The position numbers and the translations under genes are program-made. A stretch of DNA of 60,481 nt, counting the filler, from Sluysia triapertura (lineage: Eukaryota): assembly GCA_046118255.1 (NCBI GenBank). It is 4 parts of 4 records of this genome, joined end to end, with 100 filler letters (N's around TTAATTAATTAA, not from the genome) between each part and the next. Parts side by side here need not be neighbours in the genome. Positions count along the whole stretch, not along the records: positions 1 to 15,977 come from JBJNIA010213698.1; 3 more parts are not named here. One strand, given 5' to 3'. Shown here piece by piece: positions 1 through 11,153 of the stretch. Position 1 is the first letter of the stretch; each line of letters starts with the position of its first letter. The notes beneath the pieces are model-generated. The model had not been told where the DNA came from and did no database searches. It saw only the letters and a list, made by a program, of their open reading frames with translations.

Positions 1-6
1 TCTGGT

Positions 7-183
7 TACTGCCATCACCAGTGTTGACAGTCTATGTTACATTTCTCATTAGACTGTCAGCGCTGATGATGGTCAGTAGTCATCATTTATCCTTCATATA
101 AATTTCTAATTAAAATTTTATATATCTCACCCAATCGAGACCTAATTCTGTGTGGATCAATTTTTAGAGGCCTCGATTGGATG
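7..183 (+). promoter_or_regulatory. Two tandem ~60-nt hairpins (12-72, 128-183) with inverted CCAAT boxes; putative family C leader
   Basis: CCATCACCAGTGTTGACAGTCTA pairs with TAGACTGTCAGCGCTGATGATGG. CACCCAATCGAGACCT pairs with AGGCCTCGATTGGATG. Similar hairpins occur at 37456-37687 (-) and 20699-20759. Confidence 0.6.
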
Positions 184-350
184 ACCAATAATAAGGCACA
201 ACAATTATAAACTAAAAATAACAAAAACTAAAAATATCATATGATAGTTTAGAAGTGAATTTTATTTGGAATATTGTGGTACATTGTTAAAAAAGGATCA
301 TATCCTAAATATTGAATTTTTAAATAATGATCGGTTCTAATTTTTTACAG

Positions 351-1200
351 ACCTTCTCTATGTTTAGTAGTCACATCACAGAATTTATTTTCATGTCATA
401 GTAATGATAACATTCTTAACACCATCAATATTGGATATTCTATTTCAACCGTTAGCGATTTGAATACGATAATTAATTCCGAACCGACGTTACCAAATTC
501 AACAATAAATGCTCCTTTAGTAAATATTGGAAAAAGCCGATTTATACTGCTTACACCTTCAATTATGTTAAACAATGAGCGATATGTATTGACTTTAGTT
601 TTCATAGTAATCACATTCAAGCAGAACCATATATAAAGACAAATTTTTCAACTCAAGAACCGACAGCAGTTCAGAATACATTTCATCCTATAAGTACTAT
701 GTCACTAAATTCAAATTGTCTTCAAGATAAAGATGTGTACTTTGATTATTCGTATTTATTAGGTACATTATATGAATCGACCCAATCTATTAATTTAACA
801 AATTATCATGCAAATAATACCCGTTTCTTATTTATCGTCTCTCCAACGACTTTGGAACTCGAGAAAGCTAAACAAGAAATAAATTTTATTAACAAAGAAC
901 AATCGTTATATAATGACCTTGTTTTCCTACAATCAATTGTGGATAGTTATATAAATTTATCATTAAAGATTCTGTTAGGTTTAGAAATGGTTTATATGTC
1001 ATATTCACAAGTTACATATTTTGTTAAAGTTGATAGTGATGTCCTTCTCAATGATCAACAACGTATCGGTATATATAATAACAATTTACTAAAGACACAA
1101 AAATTCGACTTATAATCAGTAATTTACAAGTTTATATGGTAGCAATCAGAAATATTAAATCAAAACGGTATTTTCCCTACAATTATTATAAAGAATCAGT
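351..1200 (+). pseudogene. GT31 beta-1,3-galactosyltransferase-like fragment with stops and frameshifts
   Basis: ORF 699-1115 reads EQSLYNDLVFLQSIVDSYINLSLK...YFVKVDSDVLLN (DSYxNL and DxD motifs). The next frame reads AIRNIKSKRYF, matching PIR..SKWY. Acceptor TTTTACAG at 350. The C-terminal catalytic part is absent. Confidence 0.8.
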
Positions 1201-1577
1201 ATTGGAGAATAATGCATTATTCTATTTAAGACGTTTCGAGCATGGCTTTAACCAGAGTGAAGTATTTAATATGCATAACGATTATGACAAAAGAAACCGC
1301 AATCAATATGAAATCAAACAGTATCTTCGTTTTAGTAAATTGCTACAGAGCAGTTCATTATTGAATGAACCAGTACACACAGGACATCTAGAGTTAGTTA
1401 TTAGAATCTTTTATAAGACCGAGTCAATCAGTGTGAGCTTTAAATTTATACATTTGTTTATGTAAATTTACTTTAGTTTATATATTTCATACCAGGGTTG
1501 GTGAAGCGCAACGGTGTTTCCAGTACTACAAAGAAAGAAAAATTAAAAACAAAATCTGTAACTCTAACAGAATTCAG

Positions 1578-2090
1578 TTGTCTTTGAACTTCATAACAAT
1601 CAATGTTTTAATAATAAAATTCCGTATTAGTAATTTTAAAGTCTTCCCGTTCTTTATAAACGGTAAATCAAAGTTCTTATGTTTAGTAGAAATAAATAAA
1701 GATAAATTTTCTAATAATTTTGAAGATCAATTTGTTAAATTAACGTGTAAAGATATGAAATTCAATAACTTGTTAAAAAATCATAAAATTAAGAAGACTC
1801 AATTTTTTAATGACGAGAAAGGAACGTTGCTGAGCGCTAGTGCAGTTTTATATATAATTCATTTCAAGTCTAGCAGTAAAATAATCTTTAACGTATTAAA
1901 CTTCTTCTTTGAGCTGACTCAAAATAAATGTATTGATACGTATGTTAATTTTCTATTCGAACAACTTACTAAACTAACATTGAGATTTAAAATTGAAAAC
2001 AATTATAAAGTCCCCAAAGACGTATACACCCCAAATTGGTGTCGGGAGCATTACCCCATAACTTTAAAAATTAATACAGAGATTATTTAG
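1578..2090 (+). CDS. Unknown ORF ('ORF X'), weakly similar to the decayed reading frame at 20929-21650
   Basis: 170-codon ORF. FKVFPFFINGKS ~ VRLLPFIVNAKS and VPKDVYTP ~ IPYDVFLP, at similar spacing. Confidence 0.35.
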   Translation: MSLNFITINVLIIKFRISNFKVFPFFINGKSKFLCLVEINKDKFSNNFEDQFVKLTCKDMKFNNLLKNHKIKKTQFFNDEKGTLLSASAVLYIIHFKSSSKIIFNVLNFFFELTQNKCIDTYVNFLFEQLTKLTLRFKIENNYKVPKDVYTPNWCREHYPITLKINTEII

Positions 2091-2351
2091 CTATAATATT
2101 TAAAGTAGTTAAAGATTAAAAATAACACAAAACATAAAACATCAAATTAAAATAATCAATTTTTAAGTCTCGATATATATATATTAAGGTTTCTGTATTA
2201 TATTATCATTATTGTTTCCCGTAATATTTGTATGAGTTCCGATTATTTCAACATTGTAATCCATCAATTGTTTTATGAAAGAATGAAGAATATTATCTAA
2301 ATCGACATTATCATCGAATGTGTTCGTATTGTTGGGGTTATGGGAACATGA

Positions 2352-3138
2352 AGTGACTTAAAGAATATTGCAGGTAAAGGGATCAATATTTTATAAAATT
2401 TTACAAAAAATTTATAAGTATATTTATTAATTAATTTAATTAGAATTATTTGAAAATCATTTTTAATAGATAACTTTTCTTATGATATTTGCATGGAGGT
2501 GGGTATCGCACATAATAAAATACAATCATGAAATGTATCAATGTTATGAACATCAAGACGATGTGAAATACGTCACCATAGATAATGTAAAATCATTATT
2601 TTTAATTAATTTTCTTTATCATAAAGTAAATTTCTATGTATTATATCAAATTAATGCTCATTAAGAGATCATTCGAAATATGTTATTGATATTGACGTAC
2701 GTTAACGTGTTTCGTATTATATCAAAAGTTATTATTGATAATTAGTTTTATAATTGATTAGATTTTTAATCAATTTAAGTTGATCAATTGTTTTTTGATA
2801 AATATTATTACAACTATGATCTTAAATTTTAATTTCATTATGTCCAAATGATAAGAGTTTGTTTACCACAAAACTCATTATTTTTGGATAATTACTAAAT
2901 AATTTTAAGACGGAAATTCGACGGAAGGACGACGGAGATTTATGTTTAAATTTGATTAATATATTGGACGGCATAAAACTGACTCTAAGAAGTAAACATG
3001 TCTTGTCGATTTGCACAATAATTAAGTTGAATTCCCAACTTTCTAGCAAAAAACTATATCCAAAAACTATATAAAGACCCACATTTTTCTACCATTCAAC
3101 AAAAGAAAATTATTATGACTTTTGCTGTAAGAAGGCTG
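2352..3138. repeat. Dispersed ~0.75-kb non-coding repeat family A, copy 1
   Basis: Colinear with 42711-43420, e.g. CAATCATGAAATGTATCAAT, ATCAAATTAATGCTCATTAAGAGATCATTC, GGAAATTCGACGGAA, GACTCTAAGAAGTAA. Confidence 0.85.
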
Positions 3139-3177
3139 TTCAATATAGTAATGGATCTTAAAATTCTTTAGAAATTT

Positions 3178-3337
3178 TGTTATACTTCGTAAAATGGACT
3201 GACCGGGGATCGAACTCGGGACCACCGTCTGCGCATTGCGAATGCTCTACCACTGAGCTATCAGCCCCGTCTAACAATTTCATTTTTAATATATTCAATT
3301 ATACTACTTGGCACTTTTTATGCCTTTTACCCCAACA
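3178..3337 (-). mobile_element. 160-bp solo-LTR-like element containing a tRNA-like sequence
   Basis: TGTT...AACA termini and a 4-bp TSD ATTT (3174-3177 / 3338-3341). A second copy lies at 6359-6519. Confidence 0.75.
3195..3267 (-). tRNA. tRNA-derived (Cys-like) pseudo-tRNA with A and B boxes
   Basis: GGGCTGATAGCTCAGTGGTAGAGCATTCG...GGTCCCGAGTTCGATCCCCGGTCAGTCCA followed by TTTT. Acceptor and D stems pair; the anticodon arm is degenerate. Confidence 0.7.
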
Positions 3338-3639
3338 ATTTGACTAAATTTTATTAAAAGAGTCAACTTATTTGTTCTTAGTTCAGTCTTGAGCTTTTAT
3401 TATTTATTAATTGTATTCAGTGCAACCACTGAAATTGAGTATTGTAATTCAATTTTATTTTATAATTGTCGTAAGACTCTGTTACATTGACTTAATCATT
3501 ATTTGATTTTTATTGTGATATTTTGTGATATTGTTGTAATATATTGAGATTGAGGCTTATTCGATTATCTTTTAAAATTTAAAGATTACTAAAAAGATAA
3601 AAACACAACAGTATAAACAACAGGTTTATTTTGTACTAC

Positions 3640-4490
3640 ATAAATAGCAGGTTTCTTGTAGTTTCCCGAGAGATAATCGTAATTATTTAAAGATTCATCT
3701 AGGATTTAATTATATCTATGACTTTGTCTACTAATGTAGTTACAGGTAATTCCTCAGGATAATAATTGATTCAATAATTAATAAATTAATTTTCATTAAA
3801 GTTCTTCGATCATTTCCATTTGACCAGTCATTCTTAGTGGTTTTCTAGCTTTCATTTTATATTTTGTTCATCAGTCCATGTTATGCATGAAATAAGTAAC
3901 ATCCATACTTTTATGAATATTTTATTGTTTCTGCAACACCTTTTCTAAAAGAAAACTGTTTTACTTTTTTGCTTAAAGTTGATTTTGTGTATTTAATTCT
4001 CTACATTCATTAACTGAGATTATTATTGGTTCATCTTCACTTAAGCCATAGAAATCCGTTATTTCATCTTCACTTATTTCTTTTCTAATGATGCCATTTA
4101 TTTATTCATTCTTTATTGGCATTACTTCTTCTTAGCATAATTCTTCTTTATCTTTCGTGATCATTTTTTTCTCGTACTAGCCGATATCATGATTGTATTG
4201 TGAGATCCTTGCAGAATATCTTCCTCTTTTATTCTTTCATTTGCTATTTCTTGTACATATTTTTCACTTTCATGCCTTGTTAAATCCGTTCAACATCATT
4301 GTTCCTTTTTTAAAAAGTTTTAAAATGCTCACGTAGAAAGTGTTTACAATTTGATCTTCATCTTCTTGTTTTTTTCTTGATCTATTTTTCTTCCTTCATC
4401 GTCGATATTATCCAGTTTATTCTTCGAAATTCTTCGAATACACGTGCTTCTTCTTCTGTTAAACTGTTTCGACTTCTTTCACATCTATTT
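3640..4490 (-). pseudogene. Decayed homolog of the family C post-gag ORF
   Basis: LTEEEARVFEEFRRINWII ~ LTDEEEEEMLREFRRAKWII (24020-24085). EELPVTTLVDKVIDII ~ MEMPVTIVIENVIDML (~24800). Confidence 0.7.
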
Positions 4491-4540
4491 AGAATAGGAG
4501 AATAATAAAATGGAATAATAATAATATAGTAATAATAATA

Positions 4541-4544
4541 TATA

Positions 4545-4590
<46 letters not shown>
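4541..4590. repeat. (AAT)n microsatellite
   Basis: Direct inspection. Similar tracts at ~15903-15947, 27853-27897, 33480-33535, 47186-47253 and 56600-56680. Confidence 0.95.
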
Positions 4591-6358
4591 GAAATTTCAC
4601 CTTTACTGTACGAATGTTAGATATGGTCAAAATAGACGAATGTTTTCTATATATCTAACAAGTATAAAATTTAATTCAAAAGAAAAATATTATATATAAA
4701 ACGTAATATGAAATATAAGATTGTTCATAAAACTGGTTTAAGCAGGCAGAGTTGAGTTTAAAACATAAGTTTCCAGCATACTTTGCAGTTTCGTATGCTA
4801 AAGATTAAACGATGATATACTGATATTAAACAATTTTAATAATAGTATTGAATTTTAGTTTGTAATTGTGCGTAATTGTTGAAATGATTATTGTTACCAT
4901 TATTACGACTGTTGCAATGAATATTTGTTCATGTGAAGATTGTATCTGTTTTATATATGTTGTTTGTTGATTTGATATTTTGTGTTAAATAGTATTGAAG
5001 TTTGTTTAAGATTTTATTTATGAAATGTATTGGATTATTTATGATTGTGTATGATTAGTGTGTTTTTGTCTTAATCACATTACAGCATTCATAATTTAGT
5101 ACATATACTGATTACAAATAAATTATCGAAATTTTTAATTTGGGATAAATTTTTGCCAATTGAACAGAGACTATATTGATTTTTAATTTAATATTTTTAT
5201 TTAATTTTGTAAATTACTAAATATTTTCTTTTATATTTTCGATTAATTTCATTTTATTACGCAAATCAATGTGAATAAGTTAATTTATTTGTTTAAAAAT
5301 TATTTTTAGAAATATTTATTTTATTATTGGAATGATAGATTTAAATTAAGTAATAGTGTTGTAAAATTGAAATAATGTTATAATAAATAATATGTATGCA
5401 GCTAAAAACAAATACTTAATAAAAATATCAAAATTCATGCTATATTTGTATAATCGGTATTACGTATAACGTGACAACAATTTCATAAACAATTCAGTGC
5501 ACAAAACTCCAATTTCATAGCCTTATTGTTCAATGTAACAATTTAAATTGATATCATTGTTTTTTGATAATTATGAAGTAGTTAAATTATTCTTTTCATC
5601 AACCAAAACCGTTTCAACTGTTTCAATTAATCAGTTGATTCACGTTAGATTTTAGGTATCGATGATTTAGTTTGAAATTGAATAAGTAGATAGATCATAA
5701 CAATGTTTCATTAAGCGTTGGCCATTTCTCTTAATTCCACCAAACAAATCATGGTACCTAATAAGGAATTCAATTTAAAAATAGGCGATATTTTTGTATT
5801 TGTGAAATTAACTTGATTTTTAATTTTTGAATTAATGCCTTTAAATAAAATGTTAAAATCAAGTATTAAATTGCCTGTTTTAATATATCTCACTTATCTC
5901 TTGAATTGTTCACTATCATAACTTTTAAATGATTCTTCTGTTATAATACAACTGCACAAAATTGCGGAAAATAGTGTCGGTAAAATTTTATGTAATGCCA
6001 ATGAAGTACATCATGATATTGATTAGGGTATTGAGAATTTTGTAATCATTTGACTGTGTTAAATGTGTGCAGATTTATAACCGTTTTCATGACTTGGTCT
6101 TTTTGTTTTGTTGAGTGTTTGATGCTGTAGCTCGTATCATAGGAACAAGAAATGGTAACTTCTTCAATGAACTGCAATCAACAAGCGTTTAGTTTTACAT
6201 ATTTTGTAACATTTAGTTTCTTAAATGACGTCATTATTAAGTACTTACTTTACTTAAATTGACTTGTTTTCGATATTTTTGAAAAAAAATTTTAAATGAA
6301 TATGAAAAAGATTGATCATCTTAAGATAAATGAACTCAAAGAACTTGTATGTGACTTA

Positions 6359-6519
6359 TGTTAGACTTCGTAAAATGGACTGACCGGGGATCGAACCCGG
6401 GACCATCGCTGCAGAGTTCGACTGCTCTACCACTGAGCTATCAGCTCCGTCTAACAATTTCATTTTCAATATATTCAATTATACTACTTGGCACTTTTTT
6501 TAGGCCTTTTACCCCAACA
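6359..6519 (-). mobile_element. 161-bp tRNA-containing solo-LTR-like element, copy 2
   Basis: TGTTAGAC...CCCCAACA, colinear with 3178-3337. The tRNA-like core is 6376-6447. No clean TSD. Confidence 0.75.
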
Positions 6520-8292
6520 ATAATAACTTTCACTAGAAGTAACATACTAACCTCTACGATTAGAAATTATTATCCAATCTGATGCATTTGTTATTGGTGG
6601 CCAGATCTATTAATATATAAAACTAAGAACATTTGATATTGATGCAGCCACTTATTAAAATACTATTTAAATTATACTATTCAAATTAAAATACATAAAT
6701 ACTTTCATTTAAAATTCGTGTTTTTAAATTACGAACAGTCTTTAATAGAATTTAATTTGTCACATATTTTAGGAATCGAAATACACATTTTTAGAAATAG
6801 ATTTTAATTTACTAATTTTTTATTTTATTCGGAGGTAAGTAGAGATTGAAATATTTTAACTTCACATTTCCATTTCCACAATTACAACTAACGATTATTT
6901 AGATTAAGAATTAAAATTCATTAGATAATATTTTAAAAAGTAAAAAATTTTGCCTTGGAATCTTCAAAATTAAAATTCATCCACTTTAAATTACACTATT
7001 TTATAAAAGTTTAGAAAATATTAAAGCAAATAATATTAATTAATTATTGACAAATGTATCATGAAATAATATTATTTAATGTTCATAATTTATTTGGTTA
7101 ATAATCAAATGTGAGTGTTTATTTTTATAAACCCTTATTTTATCTTTCAAATTTTGATTCATTTGTTTTACACATTTGTTATAAATTAATTTAAATAACA
7201 ATATTCATTGATGTTTGCTTTTATAAAATTATCCTTTTCATTATCATTATCTTTATTGACTTATTTTTTGTTATTTACTCATGATAATGAATTACTAAAA
7301 AGTAAAAAACGTGTACAAATTATTTATGTGCGCAAAAGTGATTGGGTAGGAATCAGTTTCAAAGCCATTATTAAACAATTAAAATTTTACTTTGTATTTT
7401 CAAATTTTTTATGTGTAAATTTGTCAGCGGCCATTTACTCGGCCATATCGAATTCTTTTATCTTATAGATTCACAGATAATCACTAACGATATTTATATT
7501 ACACTATTAATTTTTGTATCTTAATATATCTATGTAAATTTTAAACATGAATTTATAGCTAGTTTTAAACAACCTTTAGAAATAATAATGTTTAGTAATA
7601 ATGTTGCTTAATTTATTTAAAGGCCTGTTTATGAAACTTATGAATGGATCGGTTAAATGTATAGATTATTTGTCGACAGGCCAACCGTTTCACGAGCAAT
7701 TACTAATTTGAAACTAATTTACACTAGTGATAAGGTACAAGAATCGGAAGTGATTTATATAAATAACATAATATACGAGTCTTAGCGGTATTTGCCAATA
7801 GAATAATAAAACTGAAAATGGGTCAGTTTCCGCGAGTAGTATTATCGCATTTAGATTTATCAATATGTGGCTATTTGATAAATATATTCGTTTTTCCAGA
7901 ATAATATTTGTATTTTATTTTGTTATTTGTGTCTTAATTAAATATTTTCATTACATCTTATAATATTTTCTCAATAATTAGACATCATATCTTAATATAA
8001 AATTTAATACTTACAGATTGTCCCTAATTTCTTAAAAATTAGGTTATTTCTTTTAAAAATTATTCTATTACTATTATTTATTATCTTACATGGGGATCAC
8101 TCTTACCGTATCCAATGTAATTTAATAAGAACTTATCAAAATTTTCTAGTAAACCAAAACTTAAAATAAAATACCGTCATTCATTTGTGTTTAAATACTG
8201 TTATAATAATTGTTAAGAAAGATTAAAATATTGTGTTGTGTTATCCTAAACTACAAACTCGATTTTATATAAATTTCAGTTATAATTTAATT

Positions 8293-8950
8293 ATGGTGCT
8301 GTGGTTTTATTGATATTTAAGTCTAAACCTACGGCAAAATAGAAAATTGAACTGGGTTCGGTTGTAGTAAGCGTCTTACGTCATTAAGAAGACACCTCTG
8401 TAACAAAATAAGTTAAACTAAATACAGTAAATTAAATTTATGATCTTACAAGTAGAGGGTCTACTTAATTTAATTAAATTCACAAATAACTAACAGAACT
8501 TTTTATTAACAAGACAAAATTTATACAAATAGAATTATATTACAGAATAAAGATGAAAGAATAAAAATTAATTTATGAAAATTATTATTAAAACTCTTAT
8601 GAATCTTTAATAAGAAATGAATGTTAATTTACACTAGATTTTACCCCTCAATATATTGGGGAACCTTAAGATTGAATTAAACAAAAGATGATTTTACGTA
8701 GATTTTATGATATTCGTTTTCTTGAGTTAAACCAATATTAGTCTTAATAAAAACAAATTACTTTTTACATGGATTGAAAAATAGTACCGAAAGTTTAATC
8801 CGCGTATAATGGCTGGTGATTGCTGATATTGGATTTAGATTCGTTTGATAAAAATTTAGACAACTATCACGTGGAAAAATTTAATAAGGATTTTTCAAAA
8901 TGGCTGATGACATTAATACAAATGACTAATTTTTACAAATGGCGATTTTC
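8293..8950. repeat. Dispersed LTR-like repeat family E, copy 1
   Basis: Shares CTAAACCTACGGCAAAATA, CACCTCTGTAAC and CCCTCAATATAT.GGGG with 46363-46940. Confidence 0.7.
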
Positions 8951-9847
8951 ATTGTATTTATGCTAGCTTATATACTAGTCATCATCCAATGAAAATTGAT
9001 GGAAAGTAAAGCTATGTGAACTGCACATATCGTTTTTCTATTAAAACCAATTATATGTTAATCAAAATGAAAAATGATAGATCATTTTAAACACACTTTT
9101 TAACAAAATTCTCATTGCTTTTTAGAAATCCATTCTTACTTAATAATTTTGTTATTTCAGATTTTATTATAATATTCTGTTATATTTATTTATATTTTGT
9201 TTTCATTGTCGGCGATTTAAATTGTACTATCATTTAGTACATTATTATTATTATTATCGTTATTGTTATAATTATTACCGTAATTATTATGAAGTTTTGT
9301 TATTTTTCTAAACTGTACGTGACACTTATGATTAATTAAACAAATATTTTTCAAATACACAAAAATAAAATTACAAAGTTTATATAATGTCATTCATAAA
9401 ACTAAAATACAAAATAAAAATAGAAACATGTAAAATCAAAAACGAAAAAAAAGAATTCTATAATAATTTATTCTAGTGAACTTTAAATAGTAATGCTTTA
9501 CTTTCTACAACTTATCAGAATAATCATCAATAAATTGATTAAATTTTGTTTCCTTGAAAAACTCTTAAGAAATTAATTCACGAAATATTGGTTATCATAT
9601 TTTAAATTCGATGATTATTTACATATAATTTCTAATAGATTCTTTTAAATGATATTATATTAAAATAATTAATTTATTCATAAAACATTATAAATTAATA
9701 ATATTAATTGTAATTATAATTATAATAAATTTAGTGCTATTTTAAGCAGGTTTTTAGGTGCATTTTAATTATTGTATTTATAAAAATAATTCTTAATAAA
9801 ATAATTATTGCCAACTAAATATAAGTAAATGAATGTTTAATTAAATA

Positions 9848-9932
9848 CACCCAAACCTGTTTTTATGCGATTTTTTTGTTTCTTTAATTTAATTATAATT
9901 ATAAAAGGACTGCATAAAACCAGATTTGAGTG
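9848..9932. mobile_element. 85-bp Tc1/mariner-pogo-type MITE
   Basis: TIRs CACCCAAACCTGTTTTTATGC / GCATAAAACCAGATTTGAGTG, flanked by TA on both sides. Confidence 0.75.
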
Positions 9933-10045
9933 TACACGTTTTTTCTTAAATTTATTCATATTTAAACTGAGTTTATTGTAAATTTAAATAATATTTATAT
10001 TGATGTTTAACTAATAACAAGCCATACTATTGTTATGACTAATCT

Positions 10046-11153
10046 GTATATTATAAATAATTGATTTTATTTGTGATTAATCTGATTATATGTTGTATTA
10101 TAAATAATTGATTTTATTTTAAATTGTAAATTTCATCTTGTAATTTCATAATTGGAATTAAAAAATTAATAACCATATGTTTTATATTTATTTTTTTAGA
10201 AAGAGTAATTTTTTTACATTTTAAAATATTAAAGTTTAAATTTTGTATTTAAATGTTTTACTTTCATAATCATTGTTGATCTGGCCAAGGTCAATAAAAT
10301 TTATATATATAAGAAAGGCATAAATCATGACAACTCACAATTTTATTTGTAAAAACACAATCAGACATCGTAATCATTTTCACACAAGAATTTGATACAG
10401 ATTCTTAGAACATAATTTTATTCTAACTTCCCATTTGCGACTGTCTCGTTGAAATATAAACAGTACTTTCAAGAAATTATCGCGTTGAATTTCGCTTTGG
10501 CCAGATCCTTCTATAATTTTTAAAATAATCAGTTAGTTTATTTGTATTAAGGTTTAGATATCCAAGAGATATCATCGTAAAATCCACTCATTATTTAATA
10601 ATTATTTGGATCTTATAATAGATCCCAAAAAAATCTTTTAGTAAAATCTCATTAACATAGGAATTATATAGAATAATTCCCTCGTAACATATAGTATTAT
10701 TATTATTCAAATTTGTTGAAATTATTTTATTTTTCATTGTGTAATAAAATTTTATGTAAAGTTATTATTGATATTAAATTAAATAGTTTCAAATATAAAA
10801 TTTATAATTCAGAAAGATTTCCATAGTTAGATTTTAATTCTAACTTCGTAAACGATCTATTAAAGATCATTTTCATAGAATCAACCTAAAATGCCTTGTT
10901 AAAATATTTATTTAATTATTTTAATTACTTTTAATTTACATACCTCCAGACCCTCTAAAGAAAATTGAAAAAGTTAAAAAAAAATAAAGACTTTAGTCAA
11001 AGTTATACTCTAGGCGATCCTTTCTATCTTTTATCTATAAATCCAACGGCCTGCCCTAACTGGTAAACCCAGTACGTTGGTGGCTGACGTTAAAACGTTT
11101 GCTTTATTCTATAAGTTTTACTTTAAATTCTCACACTATTTTAAACTATTACA
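10046..11153 (+). repeat. ~1.1-kb LTR-like repeat family D, copy 1
   Basis: Inverted homolog at 14610-15600 (CCAAGGTCA..TATATATA; ATCCAAC.GC..GCCCTA.CT.GTAA..CCAGTACGTTGGTG). Confidence 0.7.

Noticed and set aside
3195-3267. Functional tRNA-Ala(TGC) or tRNA-Cys gene
   Set aside because: The anticodon stem does not pair, differs between copies, and sits inside a TG..CA repeat.
2328-3339. 11-bp inverted repeat ATTGTTGGGGT/ACCCCAACAAT as TIRs of one element
   Set aside because: The right arm is the end of the tRNA-LTR, and the second family A copy lacks the left arm.
4491-4630. Poly-Leu TM segment in ORF 4382-4630 (similarly 23399-23629)
   Set aside because: Translation of an (AAT)n microsatellite or antisense Asn-rich gag sequence.
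3178-6519. The two tRNA-LTR copies as paired LTRs of one element
   Set aside because: Copy 1 has its own TSD, and no PBS or PPT lies next to either inner end.
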